The position numbers and the translations under genes were made by a program. A DNA stretch of 64,000 nt from assembly GCF_009914755.1 (NCBI RefSeq), contig NC_060947.1, one strand, 5' to 3'. Under the pieces are notes generated by a model. It did no database searches. It was not told the origin of the DNA and worked only from the letters and a program-made list of their open reading frames with translations. Within the stretch, counting starts at the first letter, position 1, and each line of letters starts with the position of its first letter. This document shows, one piece after another, positions 1-12,789 of this stretch. This stretch comes from the human T2T-CHM13v2.0 reference genome, Homo sapiens.

Positions 1-232
1 GCTCCAGGAAGACCAACGCTCCCAACCCAGAAGGGTTGGGGTTTGTTAGAAAGCCCTTTCCCAGACAGCCTCACACCTGAGTCTTAAGTCAGGCAGCCAT
101 GCTAATCATTTCTAACTGGCTGATAGGTGCCTGGTATTTTCCTCCAATTATAAGGAAGGATAGGACAGAATAGCAAGTGAAAGTGGTCCAATATTACTCA
201 CTGCTTTGGAGGTCCCTTTGTGGTTGCCAAAA
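1..232 (-). mobile_element. HERV-W (HERV17) internal 5' leader, continues off the left edge
   Basis: Minus strand reads TTTTGGCAACCACAAAGGGACCTCCAAAGCAGTGAGTAATATTGGACCACTTTCACTTGCTATTCTGTCC, the HERV-W PBS, splice donor and pre-gag leader. Confidence 0.9.
212..229 (-). promoter_or_regulatory. Retroviral primer-binding site of the HERV-W copy
   Basis: TGGCAACCACAAAGGGAC, 3 nt after the LTR terminal CA. Confidence 0.85.
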
Positions 233-744
233 TGTTACTGGCGGGGGGGCGGTTCTTGTTCTTAGAGCTCCCAAGATGGTGCAGACCACTTCCAAAATGG
301 TGGCAAGCTTCTTGTTCTCTGACCCGGGGTTCTTGGCCTCACAGATTCCAAGGAATGGAATGTTGGGCCATGTGGTGAATGTTATAGCTCTCCTAGAAGC
401 TGTGGGTCATGGAAGAGAACCGTGGAACCCAGCGAGTAGTGTTCAGCTCAATTAAGATGAACCCAGGCACTTAGCCAAGCAGGAACAATGGTGAGCCTTT
501 AGCCCAATCAGGAGTGGCAATGGGCACCTCTCTGGATCAGAAGCACAGTGGACAACATGCTGGATCCAGAGGGATGGAAGTCAGTGGCGGGTCTGTGACA
601 GTGACAAACAGCAGTGGTGGATGGCGAGCGAAAGCTCAGCTCAAGCCATAACAAACATGGACCAGAAGAGTGTGCAGTTGCAAGATTTAATAGAGTGAAA
701 ACAGAGCTCCTTTAAAATGGGAGGGGACCCAAAGGGGGTTGCTC
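233..744 (-). mobile_element. LTR17 5' LTR, R-U5 only (U3 absent)
   Basis: Begins GAGCAACCCCCTTTGGGTCCCCTCCC, contains ATTAAA (686-691), ends AGTAACA at 233; no U3/TATA upstream. Confidence 0.85.
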
Positions 745-1215
745 AATTTTAGTCTTTTAACTTTGTTCTTCTACTTTAAACCTGTTTGGCTATTCTAGAT
801 CTTATGTATTTGCAAATGATTATTGAGTCAGCTTTTCATTTTCTATAGCTTAACAATATTCAGTCTTCTAACTCAGGAATTTGATATATCTCTCCATTTA
901 TTTTTGGTCTTTTAAATTTTCTCTCAGTAAATTTTTGTAGTCTAGAAATCAATGTACAGGATTGCACATCTTTAGTCAGATTAAACCCCTCAGTATTTTA
1001 TATTTTTATGCCATTGTAAATGTCAGTATGTTCAATTATTCCTTGCTGATATATTGACATTCAGTTGTATCTACATTGATCTGATATCCTTCAAACTTAT
1101 AAAATTTAGTTGTTACTTCTTGTTTCCTTTTTGCAGATTTCATATGATTTTCTACATAAATGGTTATGGCCTTTGTGAGTAAAGAGAGTTTTACTTCTTC
1201 TTTTACTCTCTGAAT
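745..1215 (-). mobile_element. Ancient L1M ORF2 fragment
   Basis: Highly diverged antisense ORF2-like sequence. Confidence 0.6.
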
Positions 1216-1505
1216 ATTATTTATTTATTTATTTGACAGGATCTTACTCTGTCACCCAGCCTGGGGTGCAGTGGTGGAATCATGGCTTACTACAGCATTG
1301 ACTTCTCAGGCTCAGATGATTCTCCCACCTCAGCCTCCCAAGTAGCTGGGACTACAGGTGCACACCACCAACCCATCTAATTTTTTGTAGGGACTGGCTT
1401 TTGCCATGGTGCCCAGGCTGATCTCAAACTCCTGGGCTCAAGTGATCTGCCTTCCTCAATCTCCCAAAGTGCTGGGATTATAGGCATGAGGCACCATGCC
1501 CGACC
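1216..1505 (-). mobile_element. AluJ-like SINE
   Basis: Dimeric Alu with (TTTA)n tail at left; J-type CTCCTGGGCTCAAGTGATC and ATCATGGCTTACT. Confidence 0.9.
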
Positions 1506-4080
1506 ATGGATATGTTTTTTTTTTTTTTTAAGTATTTTAACTTTTTTGATGTAGGCACTTATAGCTGTAATCTTCCCTTTTAGTACTGATTCACTGTATC
1601 CCATCAGTTTTGGTATGTTGTGCTTTCATTTTTTCCAAGAAATTTTTCAATTTTCTTTTTAATTTCTTTATTGACCCACTGGTCATTCAGGATCATATTG
1701 TTTAATTTTCACGTTTGTATTATTTCCAAAATACTTCTGTTATTAATTTTAGTTTTATTCCTTTGTGGTCAGAGTAGATGCTCAATATTACTTCAATTTT
1801 TTTAATGTTTAAGACTTGAGTTGTGACCTAATATATGATCTGTTTCTGAGAATAATCTATGTGCTGAGGAAAAGAATGTGTATTCTGCAGCTCTTAGATG
1901 AAATGTTCTGTAAATATCTATTAGATCCATAGTGCAGGTTAAGTTTGTCTATAGTGCAGATTAACTCTGGTGTTTCTTTGTTGGTATTTTGTCTGGAAGA
2001 TGTGTTTAGTGCTGAAAGTGAGAGGATGATGTCTCTAGCTATTTTGGATCAGGGCCTATCTCTCCCTTTAACTCTAAAAACATATTTTTTCTATACCTTG
2101 GTGCTCCAGTATTGGGTACATATATATTTAAAATTGTTACATTCTCCTGCTTAATTGACTCTTTTTTCATTATATGGTGACCTTGTTTGACTCTTCTAAT
2201 AGTTTTTTGTCTTGAAATATAATTTGTCTGATGTAAGTATAGCAACTCCTGTTTTTGTTTTTTTGTTTGTTTGCATTGGCATGGAATATCTTTTTCCATC
2301 ACTTAATTTTTAGTCTGAGTGTTTTTATAGGTAATATATATTTCCTGTAGGTAACATATTAATGGGTCTTGTCTTTATTTTATTCATTCAGTTAGCCTAT
2401 GCCTTTGATTGAAGCATTTAGTTCATTTACATTCAATGTTATTATTGATAAGTAAAGAATTACTCCTGCCATTTTGTTATTTGTTTTCTGTTTGTTTTGC
2501 AGCCTTCTCATCCTTCTTTCTTTCCGTGCTGTCTTCCTCTAGTGAAGATAATTTTATCTGGTGAGGTGATTTAGTGTTTGTTTGTTTGTTTGCTTGTTTT
2601 TGCTTTTTAGTTTTTGTGTGTCCATTGTATGTGTTTTGGTTTGAGATTACCATGAGGCTTGCAAATCATATCTCATAATCTATTATTTTAACCTGATGAC
2701 AGCCTCATGCTCTTTGTAGAAACAAATAAAAAAGCAAAAAGAAAACTAATAAAAACTTGCCTTAAATTTATCCCCCAACTTATAAAGTTCTTATTGTTTC
2801 TATTTATGTCTTACAGTTCTGACTACATCTTGAGAAGTTGTGGTTATTATTTTTATTGGTTTATTGTTTAGTCTTTCTGTTTAGGATAAAAGTAGATACA
2901 CACCACAGCTACAGTGTTATAATATTTTTTTGTTTTTCTCTGTACTAACTTTTACCAGTGAGTTTTGTACTTTCAGGTGATTATTTGTTGCTCATTAATG
3001 TTCTTTTTTTTTCTTTTCTGATTGAAGTACTCCCTTTAGCATTTGTTGTAGGACATGTTTGGTGTGATGAATTTCCTCATCTTTTGTTTGTCTAGAAAAG
3101 TCTTTGTTTCTCATCCATGTTTGAAGTATATTTTTGCTGGATATGCTGTTGTAGGGTAAATGGTTTCTTTTTTCCTTTAGCACTTTAAATATGTCATGCC
3201 TCTTTTCTGATCTGTAAGGTTTCCATTGAAAAGTCTGCTTCCAGATGTATTAAAGCTCCATTGTATGTTATTTATTTATTTCCTCTTTCTGCTTTTGGAT
3301 CCCTTCTTTATTCTTGACCTTTGGGAGTTTAATTATTAAATGCTTTGAGGTAGTCTTGTTTGGGTTAAATATGTTTGGCGTTTTACTTCTTGTACTTGAG
3401 TATTGATATCTTTATCTAGGTTGGGGAAATTCTCTGTCATTATCTTTTTTAAATAAACTTTCTACTCCTTTCTTTTTTTCTACCTTCTCTTTAATGCCGT
3501 ACTCTTAGATTGGCCCTTTTGAGGCAATTTTCTAGATCCTGTTGGTGTGCTTGTTTCTTTCTTTTTTCTTTTTTCTCATCTGACTGTGTATTTTGTCTCC
3601 TCTGTGTACAGGTTAAGGGTGGCCTTAACCAGTAGCCACTGACACCCCTGTCCATGAGGAGTACTTCCAGTCTACCACTGATGTTCCATTAAGGCCCAAG
3701 GTCTCTTAAGGCAGCTTGAGGTGAATGCTGCCTGGCCTGGGACTCATCCTTCAGGGCAGTGGCCTCTCGACTGGTCCAGACCTGGTCCAGAAATGCCATT
3801 CAAGGGTCAAATCCTAAAATCAGGGACCCTAAGAGCTTGCTTGGTGCCCTCCCTTCCTATGATGGGATTTGTACCTCAAGCCAGCAAGTTTCAGAGGCTC
3901 ACCCAAGGCCTTCAATGTATTACCTGGGTATCTCTGCTGGTTATTTGAGGCCAGGGGCTCTTTAGGTAGCAGACGATGAATGCTGCTGGTACTGAGTTCT
4001 TTCCTTCAAGGCAGTGGTTTCCCTTTCGGACCAGGGTTTGTCTAGAAAAGTTGTCTGGGAGCTAGGGCCTGGAATAGAGG

Positions 4081-4435
4081 TGCAATGGTTAATACTGAGT
4101 GTCAACTCGATTGGACTGAAAGATACAAAGTATTGATCCTGGATGTGTCTGTGAGGGTGTTGCCAAAGGAGATTAGCAATTGAGTTAGTGGGCTGGGAAA
4201 GGCGGACCCACCCTTAATCTGGTGGGCACAATCTAATCTGCTGCCAGCATGGCTAGAATATAAGCAGGCAGAAAAATGTGAAAACAGAGACTGTCTTAGC
4301 CTCCCAGCTTACATCTTTCTCCCATGCTGGATTCTTCCTGCCCTCGAACATCAGACACCAAATTCTTCAGTTTTGGAACTCGGATTGGTTCTCCTTTCCC
4401 CTCAGCCTGCAGACAGCCTATTGTAGGACCTTGTG

Positions 4436-4475
<40 letters not shown>

Positions 4476-4512
4476 CTTAGTTCTATTTCTCTACAGAACC
4501 CTGACTAATACA
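4081..4512 (+). mobile_element. MLT2A LTR (5' LTR of HERV-L)
   Basis: TG..ATGGTTAATACTGAGTGTCAAC start, internal (TA)n, GAACCCTGACTAATACA end. Confidence 0.9.
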
Positions 4513-5415
4513 GATTTTGTTACCAGAGTGGTTCTAGAAGAACAGAATATTAAAGATGGAGTTCTTTTGTTGGCCTGAGGGTTTCTGGAGTTGGCTGCTT
4601 AATATAATTAGACACAAAAATGTTAAGGACTCTACTTCTAATAGTATGGAGGACACTAATGGTCCTTGGTGTGAACTGTTTAGAGGCTTAGCAAAATAAA
4701 TGCATTTGACACTCCTGATTCATTGCTCATGAGAGGCGAGGAGTTTAGTGACTATACATAATACCTTTGACCATATGTAAAGAACCAAGGAACATAATGA
4801 AGCTGGTTGGTTGCTCCTAAGTTCAGTGAACAAAGTGGTGAAAAAAATGATGAACTCGGGGATTCTACTCCCAGCTTCAGAAGCAAATACTGAGTCTCAA
4901 ATCTGCTAAGATTGACCTGAGTGAGAGTCTTATCTCCTGTAGAAAAAGAACTAAAATTGTGGAAAAACAGACACAAGCTCTTATCATGTAAGTAGCTGAC
5001 CTTCAACGAAAGGTGCATGCACAGCCTTGCCAGGTGTTTACTGTTAAAGTGAGGGCATTGGTTGGAAAAGAATGTGACCCTGCCACTTGGAATAGAGACA
5101 TGTGGGAAGACTCTGATGACGTTGGGGCACTGAGTTTATATACTCTGATAAATATTTTTGCCAGAGGAAACAGCTTACCCATCCCCAGTAGTGGCAATAT
5201 CGCCTCCCCAGTCCATGCTGCCATCAGCCTTTCCACCTTTGTCTGAGGAGATAAACCCTGCACTGCCTGAGGCAACAATGATGGCCTCCCCTGAGGTAGT
5301 TTCCAGGCAAGATAATGTTGATCCTCCTCAGGAGCTACCCCCAACACCCCTGTTTGCTTCTAGACCTGTAACTAGACTAAAGTCCTGATGGGCTCCTAGA
5401 GGTGAGATTGAGAAT
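4513..5415 (+). pseudogene. HERV-L internal region: degenerate Leu-type PBS and disrupted 5' gag
   Basis: GATTTTGTTACCAGAGTGG after the LTR; peptides VKVRALVGKECDPATWNRDMWED and PPTPLFASRPVTRLKS typical of ERV-L gag. Confidence 0.85.
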
Positions 5416-5715
5416 TGAGGTTTAGTCAGTGAGCTGAGAAAGGCAGACCCACACTTAATCTGAGTAGGCACAATCTAATCAGCTGCCAGCTCGGTTAGAA
5501 CATAAGCAGTCAGAAAAATGTGGAAGGAGAGATTGGCCTAGCCCCCCAGCCTACCTCTTTCTCCTCTGCTGGATGCTTCTGCCCTTCAACATCAGACTCC
5601 AAGTTCTTTAGTTTTGGAACTTGAACTGGCTCTCTTTGATCCTCAGCCTGAAACAGAATATATATATATATATATATTCTGTTTCTATAGAAAACCCTGA
5701 ACCCTGACTAATACA
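5416..5715 (+). mobile_element. MLT2A 3' LTR, 5'-truncated
   Basis: Colinear with ~4180-4512, same (TA)n and CCCTGACTAATACA end. Confidence 0.88.
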
Positions 5716-6519
5716 GGGGGCCTCATGACCCTGACCAGTGCCATATCCTGCTGTGGCTGAGCTGGTATCCAAGATGCAAGTCAAAGTCCTCCCCACTCTG
5801 TCCTTTCCTCTCCTCTAGCAGAATAAATGGGTCTCTTTTGGAGCCGTGAGCTGTGCAGCCTGGGGTTAAAGGAGGGGTGATACCAGCACCCTCTTGGCTG
5901 CCCCAGCTGTGTCTCAGCATGTCATATGCCCTACCAGTCCATTGTCTCTGGATCTAGCTTAGCCCTAGGATTCAACTAAAATTTGCAGTCCCTATGGCCT
6001 AGACTTCCTTTCGAGTTCACTTAGAGACCAAGAGTACTTTGGTCCTCTACGAGGAGGTTTATGAGCACTTGAGTTTAGACTGCTTGGGTAGGTGATTTAC
6101 CTCTGTTTAGGGCTGGTTTAAATGCTCCCTCTGTGCATGGGCATTAGCTGAGTTTAGTCTGGTTCTTTTTTCTGCTCTAACAGAATGAGGCTGAATTTAA
6201 TGCCTCACAATTGCTGTCTTCTCTGTCCCTCAGCACTCAGAGAAGCTCTCTGCACCAGACCACCACTGCCAGTGGTGGGGAAGGAGTGGCATCAGCAGTT
6301 CACGACTGTTTTTCCTATCTCTTTAGTGCTTCTTTCAGCGATATGATGTTAAAACCAGGTACTATGAGTGCTTACCTGATTTGGGATTCTTATAATCACT
6401 TAATTTTCAGTGGAAAATAAAGTAGCAATTTTGTAGAAAGTTGTCAACTTGATGTCCTTGTGGGCGGGCTATGATTGATGGAGCTTTCTATTCTCCTATC
6501 TTGTTCCACCTCTGCCCTT

Positions 6520-9165
6520 AAATATTGGTATCTCTCTCTAGGTTTGGAAAGTACTGTGTTATTATCCTTTTGAATAAATATTATGCTCTTTTCTCTCTCT
6601 CTACCTTCTCCTTAAGGCCAGTAACTCTCAGATTTGCTTTTTTGAAACTGTTTTCTAGATCTTGTAGACATGCTACTTTTTTTATCATTTATTCTTTTGT
6701 CTTCTCTGTGTATTTTCAAATAGCCTGTCTTCGAGCTCACTAATTTTTTTCTGCTTGATCTAATCTATTCTGCTATTAAGAGTCTGTAACTCATTCTTCA
6801 GCATGTGAATTACATTTTTTGAATCAAGAGTTTCTCCTTGATTCTTTTTAATTATTTCAATCTTTTTTTCTTAAATTTATCTAATTTCATTCTGAATTTT
6901 TTTCTGTGTATTATCTTTTGTTTCATTGAGTTTCTACAAAACAGCTATTTTGAATTCTCTGCCTGAAAATTTACATACCTCTGTCTCTGGTCACTTATCT
7001 ACTTCATTTCATGAGATCACATTTTCATGGATCATCTTGATGCTTGTGGATGTTCACTGGTTGCTGGGCAATGAAGAGTTAATTATTTAATGTAGTCTTC
7101 ACAGTATGGGCCTATTTGTACCTGGGATTTGTTTTGGAGGGAGGAAGGCTTTACACATGTTTGAAGGGACTTGGGTGTTATGATCTAAGCCTTTGGTCAC
7201 TGCAGCTATGCAGCCATGTCATGTCTGCATTAGTGGACACCCAAAGCCAGGTAACACTGTGGCTCTTGCAGACTCATAGATGTACTTGATGCCTAGTTTG
7301 TTTTGGGTATGATTCAGAAGATTATCTGGATTACCACGCAGAGAGTTTTGTTCTGTTCCCCTGCTTTCATCCAAACAAATGGTGTCTCTTTCTCTGTGCT
7401 GAGCTGCCTGGAGTTTGGGGAGGTGTAGCCACGCACACCTGTGGCCACCATAACTAGGACTGCACTGGGTCAAACCTGATGCCAGCATTGCACTGCACTG
7501 GGTCTCTCCCAGGTCCCACGGTAACAACAACCTGGCTACTGCCTTTGTTTGTTCAAGGCCCTTGGGCTCTACAGTCAGCAGGTGGCAAAGCCAGCCAAGG
7601 TTATCCCCTTTCCTCCAAGGCTGTGAGTTCTTCCTGAACCTAGGCAGGGCTAGAGATTCTGTCCACAAGCCAGGGCCTGGAGTTGGAAATCTTAGGAATC
7701 TACCAGGTGCTGTATTCTACTGTGCCTGAGATGGCATAGAAGCCATAAGACAGTCCATTCCCTTCTTCCCTTCCATTTCTACAAGCAGAGGAATCTCTTG
7801 CCATGAACACTACCACCACAGGTTTGTTGGGAGTAGTGCCAGGCCACCACCAATGTTCACTCAAGGCTGAAGGAGTCTTCAGTCAGGTTGTGGTGAATGC
7901 TGCCAGTTTTTGGACTCATCCTTCAGGGAACTGGGCTCCCCTCTTGCCTTGTCCAGAAAGGCCACCAAATAGCCAAGGCCTAGAATCAAGGACCCCAAGT
8001 ACCCACTTGGTACTCTACTCAATCATGCCTTAACTGATACCTAAGCTGCAAGACCAAGTCCTCTTTACTCTTTTCTCTGCTTTTCTCAAGCAGAAAACTT
8101 ACCCTATAGCCTCCAGCTGGGAATTTGTTCTGTCAGTCCTGAAGCCAGTATGTCTGAGTAATAACCAGACATGGCGAGTGCTACCTGGCTACCACTGCTA
8201 ATTATTCAGGGCCCAAGGGCTCTTTAGTCATTAGGAAATAAATTCTGCCAGGACAGGGCTTCTTTTTTCAAGGAAGTGAGTTTCCTTATGGCCTAAGTTA
8301 TGTCTAGAAATGTAATCTGGGATCTAGTGCTTGGAATGAGTGCCTCATGCCTCTGTTCTGGTGCCCGATCTTTTGTGGCTAAGCTGGAATATATGTTGCA
8401 AGACAAAGTCCTTCGTGATCTTCTCTCTCCTCTTCTCAAGTGGAAGAAAGTCTCTTTCAGAGCTGTGAGCTGTGCTGCCTGGGGTTGGGAGAGTGGTGGC
8501 TCAAGTACTTCCTTGGATCCCCTGGTTGCCATCTCAGTAGGTCACATGCCCCCCAGTTCCACAGGCTCCAAGACCAGCACAGCATTAGGACTTCTCTAGG
8601 AGCTGCAGTTTTTGTGGCTTCGTCTGTCATTCCAGTTTATTTAGAACCCCAGAGTACATTAGCTTGCAGTGGTGAGGTTTGCTGAAACTCATGTTCCAGC
8701 CACTGTGATGCATGATTCCTCTCTGGCTAGGGATGTTCTAAATGTTTCCTCCATGGGCTTCAGCTGAGTTCTGTCCAATGTTGCTTTCCACTATGACCCG
8801 GCAGAAGTGACTTCCCATGCAATGTCCCACATCACTGTACTCTTTCTTTTCCAAGCACAGAGATTCTTCATGCCATGTAGCCACTACTGGTGAAGGAGAG
8901 GTGGTGAAGGAGAATGAAGTGAAGGAGCGGTGAATGAAGTGAAGGAGGAGTGAAGGAAGTGAAGGAGAGGTGGTGTCTGCAATTCAAGAATGTCTTTTTT
9001 ATTCCCTTCGCTACCTCTTTCTAAGCCGTGAAGTTAACACTAGATACTGTGATCATTCACCTGATTTTTGGTTTCTACGAATGTGCTTTTTTATGTTGAT
9101 AGTTGTTAATTTGGTGTTTGTGCAGGGAGGATGATGGGTGGGCTCCTATTTGGCCATCATGTACC
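6520..9165 (-). mobile_element. Second L1MA-era L1 5' part (ORF1 N-terminus plus 5'UTR)
   Basis: 6525-6720 aligns with 3400-3600; 7850-9160 aligns with 3670-4080 plus 5716-6510. Confidence 0.75.
8889..8975. repeat. Imperfect purine-rich (GTGAAGGA)n repeat
   Basis: About six GTGAAGGA units with variable spacers. Confidence 0.8.
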
Positions 9166-9238
9166 AACTAGTCTGGAGATGTCTTATTATTATTTTACCA
9201 AATTCATTAGTTGTTTCTTCCAAAATGTCTAATCTGCA

Positions 9239-9652
9239 TGTATTAGGTTGTTCTTGCATTGCTATAAAGAAATAAATGAGATTAGGTAATTTATAAAGAA
9301 AAGAGGTTTAATTGGCTCAAGGTTCAGCAGGCTTTATAGCGGACATCTTCTTGGCTTCTGGGGAGGCCTCCAGAAATTTACAATTATTGCAGAAGGTGAA
9401 GGGGGAGTAGGCACATCATATGGCAAAAGCAGGAGCAAAATAGAGAAGGGGGAGGCAGCACACACTTTTAAATAACCAGATCTCACGATAGCTCACTCAC
9501 TATCTTGAGGACAGTACCAAAGGGATGGTACTAAATCACTTATGTGAAACTCGTTTCCATGATCCATTCACCTTCCATCAGGCCCCACCTCCAACATTGG
9601 GGATTACATTTTGATATGAGATTTCAGCAGAGACAACATCCAAACTATATCA
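9239..9652 (-). mobile_element. MST (MSTA/B-like) MaLR solo LTR
   Basis: TGTATTAG...CAAACTATATCA termini; 5-bp TSD CTGCA/CTGAA. Confidence 0.88.
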
Positions 9653-10620
9653 CTGAATTAATTTCATCTAGGAAATTTTTATCTCAGGTTTTGTAGTTTA
9701 TCTCTAGAAGTTCAGTATGGGTCTTTTGGTTTTTTATTTTTAATCTTACATGTCTCTATGTAACATGATCAATATTTTCTCTAATATCAGCATATGAAAT
9801 ATAGTTATAATGATGGTTTTAATATCCTCGTCTACTAACGTTATCATTTTTGGAGTGAATTGTGATTAATTTATTTTCTCCTTATTTTCCCATGTCTTTG
9901 TCTACCTGTTATTTATAACTTAATGCCAGATGTAAATTTTTACATTTTGCATTTTGGATTTTCTTTATCTTATAAATGTTCTTCACATTTATTCGGCAGT
10001 GCAGTTTAAATGCTTGGAAACAGATCTCTTTGTGCCTTTTTAAAGTTTCTTTGGAATTACCGCAGCTAGAATTTAGTCTGTGGCTATTTTTTTCCCACTA
10101 CTGAAATAAGAACCTTTTTGGTACTCTAACCCATGCACTTTGAAATATGAGGTACTCCACTTTGGGTGTTAATAATAGGTAGTTTTGTCTGCCGTATGCA
10201 ATCTCTGAGTATTGCTTCAAGTGGTTCTTTCCCCTCCTTAACTAGATTTCACACCTTCACTCATTGATCAGTACACAACTGAAGAGTCAAGGGAAACTCA
10301 TTGCAAAACTTCAGAGTTCTCCCTATGTAGGAAATCTCTTCATTATGATATTCTGTTCTGTAAATTCTATTTTCCTTGGCCTCTCTAGACCCCCAATCCA
10401 TTACCTCAACTCATATAGACATCCAGGTTTTGCCTGGAATCTTCTTCCATGTAACTTTGTGAACTAAGTGGAGGCAATTGTAGAGTACATTCAGTTTTTT
10501 TCCATCACCAACGGATTACTGTCATTTGTTGACCCATATCTACTATCTGAAAAAAGTTAATTCACATATTCTATTTTCAATTTTTTTCACATGAAAAGGC
10601 ATATTTAATGCCTCTTACAC
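9653..10620 (-). mobile_element. Very old L1M fragment(s)
   Basis: T-rich diverged L1-like sequence; weak recognition. Confidence 0.4.
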
Positions 10621-10659
10621 CATATTTACTGGAGTAAATATTATATACATTATAAAAAT

Positions 10660-12325
10660 TTTGATAAAACCTTTATCAAAATACAATTCACATACCACAC
10701 AATTCACCATGTGCACTATACAATTCAACGTTTTAGTATATTCACAAATTGTGCAACATACATCATAATTGATTTTAGAAAACTTTTATCATCCTGAAAA
10801 TAAAGTCTTTATCTCATAGCAGTTACTCATTCTTGCCCCCATAACCACCCAGTCCCAGGTAACCAGTAATCTGCTTTCTTTTTTTTTGATTTGCCTACTC
10901 TTTAATTTTATAAAAATGGAATTATACAATGTGAATTATTTTGTGACTGATTCTATTTAACATAATATTTTCAAGGTTTATTCATGTTCCATGTGTCACT
11001 GTGTTAGTTTTTGTTGATTAATAGTATCCCATTATGTGGACATACCATGTATTATTTATACACTTATCAATTGGCAAGTATTGACTTGTTTCCAGTTTTT
11101 AGCTTTTGTGAATGGTGCTACTATGGATATTCATGAACAAGTTTTTCTGTGAGCATATTCTTTATTCCTCTTGAGTATGTAAGTAAGAGAGAAATTGCTA
11201 GATTGTAGGAAACTTATGTTTCACCATTGAGGAATTGACAAACTGTATGCAAAGGGGATATACATCATTTTACATTTCCACCAGCAATGTATGATGGTCC
11301 CAATTCTTAATATCTTCACTAGCAATTGTTATTGTCCAGATTTTAAATTATAGACATTCCAGTGTGTTCAAAGGGGTACCTCATTGTAGCTTTGATTTGT
11401 AGTTCCCTAATTTGAAATTTCCTAATGCACATCTTTCCATGTGTTTATTTGCAATTTGAATACCTTCTTTGGAAAAAATGTTTATTCAGATTGTTGTCTA
11501 CTTTTATTGGGTTATTTGTCTTTTTATTATTGAGTCTTAATATTTTTTATATATTCTATATTTAATTTTCCGATTAGATCTATTGTTTGCAAAGTTTTTC
11601 TCCTATTCTATGGGTTGTCTTTCACTTTCTTTTCAGGAGAAGGAGAGCTTTCCTTCAATCTGGGAATCTTGTGGGTTTGAATTAAGGGTAATTTCCCATA
11701 GAAAGGTTTTATATTTGCTTAGTCTTTCATGTTCTTGATTTTTCTGTGCTTCAAACAATTTTTTCTTGTGATTTTGATTTCATATCTAAGAAACAATTTC
11801 CAAATCCAAGGTTATAACCATTTATATGTTTGTTTTCTTCTAAAAGTATTTCTTCAAATACTAAAAGCATTATAAGTGCTTACATTTAGGTTTCTGATAC
11901 ATCTTGAGTGAATTTTTGTATGTTGTGTACCTTGAATCTATAGATCATTTGGGGGTTATTACCAACTTAACAATAATAGTCTTCTGATCCATGAACATGG
12001 GATGTCTTTTCATTTATTTAGCTCTTCTTTAAATTTTTTAACAAGCTTGCATAGTTCTTAATATAAAAAATCTTGCACTTACTTTAAATTTACTATCATG
12101 TGATTTTTATGTTATACGTAGGATTGTTTCCTCAATGTTATTTTAAGATTGCTTATTGCTAGTGTATAAAATATAATTGATTCTTGCATATTGATCTTGT
12201 ATTCTAATATTTGATGACTTTCTTTTTTCTAGTAGTTTTGTTAGTTTAGTCATTGAGATTTGTTAATATATGGGCCCATGTTATATGCAAACAGATATAG
12301 TTCTACTTTTTTTCCAATCTGAATG
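10660..12325 (-). mobile_element. L1MB-like 3'UTR and ORF2 3' part
   Basis: AATTCACATACCACACAATTCACC... 3' end motif followed by antisense ORF2. Confidence 0.7.
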
Positions 12326-12658
12326 CCTTACAAAAAGTTGAAGAGGAGGTAACACTCTCAAATCATTCTGTAAGGCAATCATTAGTATGATCAAAAGGAC
12401 AAAGACACTACAAGAAACAAAAAATGCAGACAATCATCAATGATGACTATTGATGTAAACGTCCTGAACAAAATACTAGCAAGCAAAATTCAATGATATA
12501 TTAAAAGGATTATAGGCTATAACTAAGTAAAATGTATTCCAGAAATGCTAGGATGGGGCAACATAAGAAAATTGATTAATGTAATATATCACATTAATAG
12601 AATTAAGGGAAAAGACCACATAATTATCTCAATTGATGCAGAGAAATTATTTGAAAAA

Positions 12659-12789
12659 ATGCTAGATGACGAGTTAGTGGGTGCAGAGCACCAGTGTGGC
12701 ACATGTATACATATGTAACTAACCTGCACAATGTGCACATGTACCCTAAAACTTAAAGTATAATAATAAAAGAAAAAAAAGAAAAAAAT
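12659..12789 (+). mobile_element. L1PA2-like ~130-bp 3' fragment
   Basis: GCTAGATGACGAGTTAGTGGG...CTGCACAATGTGCAC...poly(A), flanked by GAAAAAAT-like repeats. Confidence 0.85.

Larger units (their letters stand above)
1515..6512 (-). mobile_element. L1MA-era (L1M1/L1M2-type) L1: ORF2 endonuclease region, ORF1 part and 5'UTR, interrupted by HERV-L
   Basis: ORF 2039-2302 gives EN-like GHHIMKKESIKQENVTILNIYVPNTGAPRY; ORF1-like ~3000-3600; GC-richer 5'UTR ends near CTATCTTGTTCCACCTC. Confidence 0.75.

Noticed and set aside
4513-5415. Domesticated ERV-L gag (Fv1-like)
   Set aside because: Multiple stops and frameshifts; only short ORFs remain
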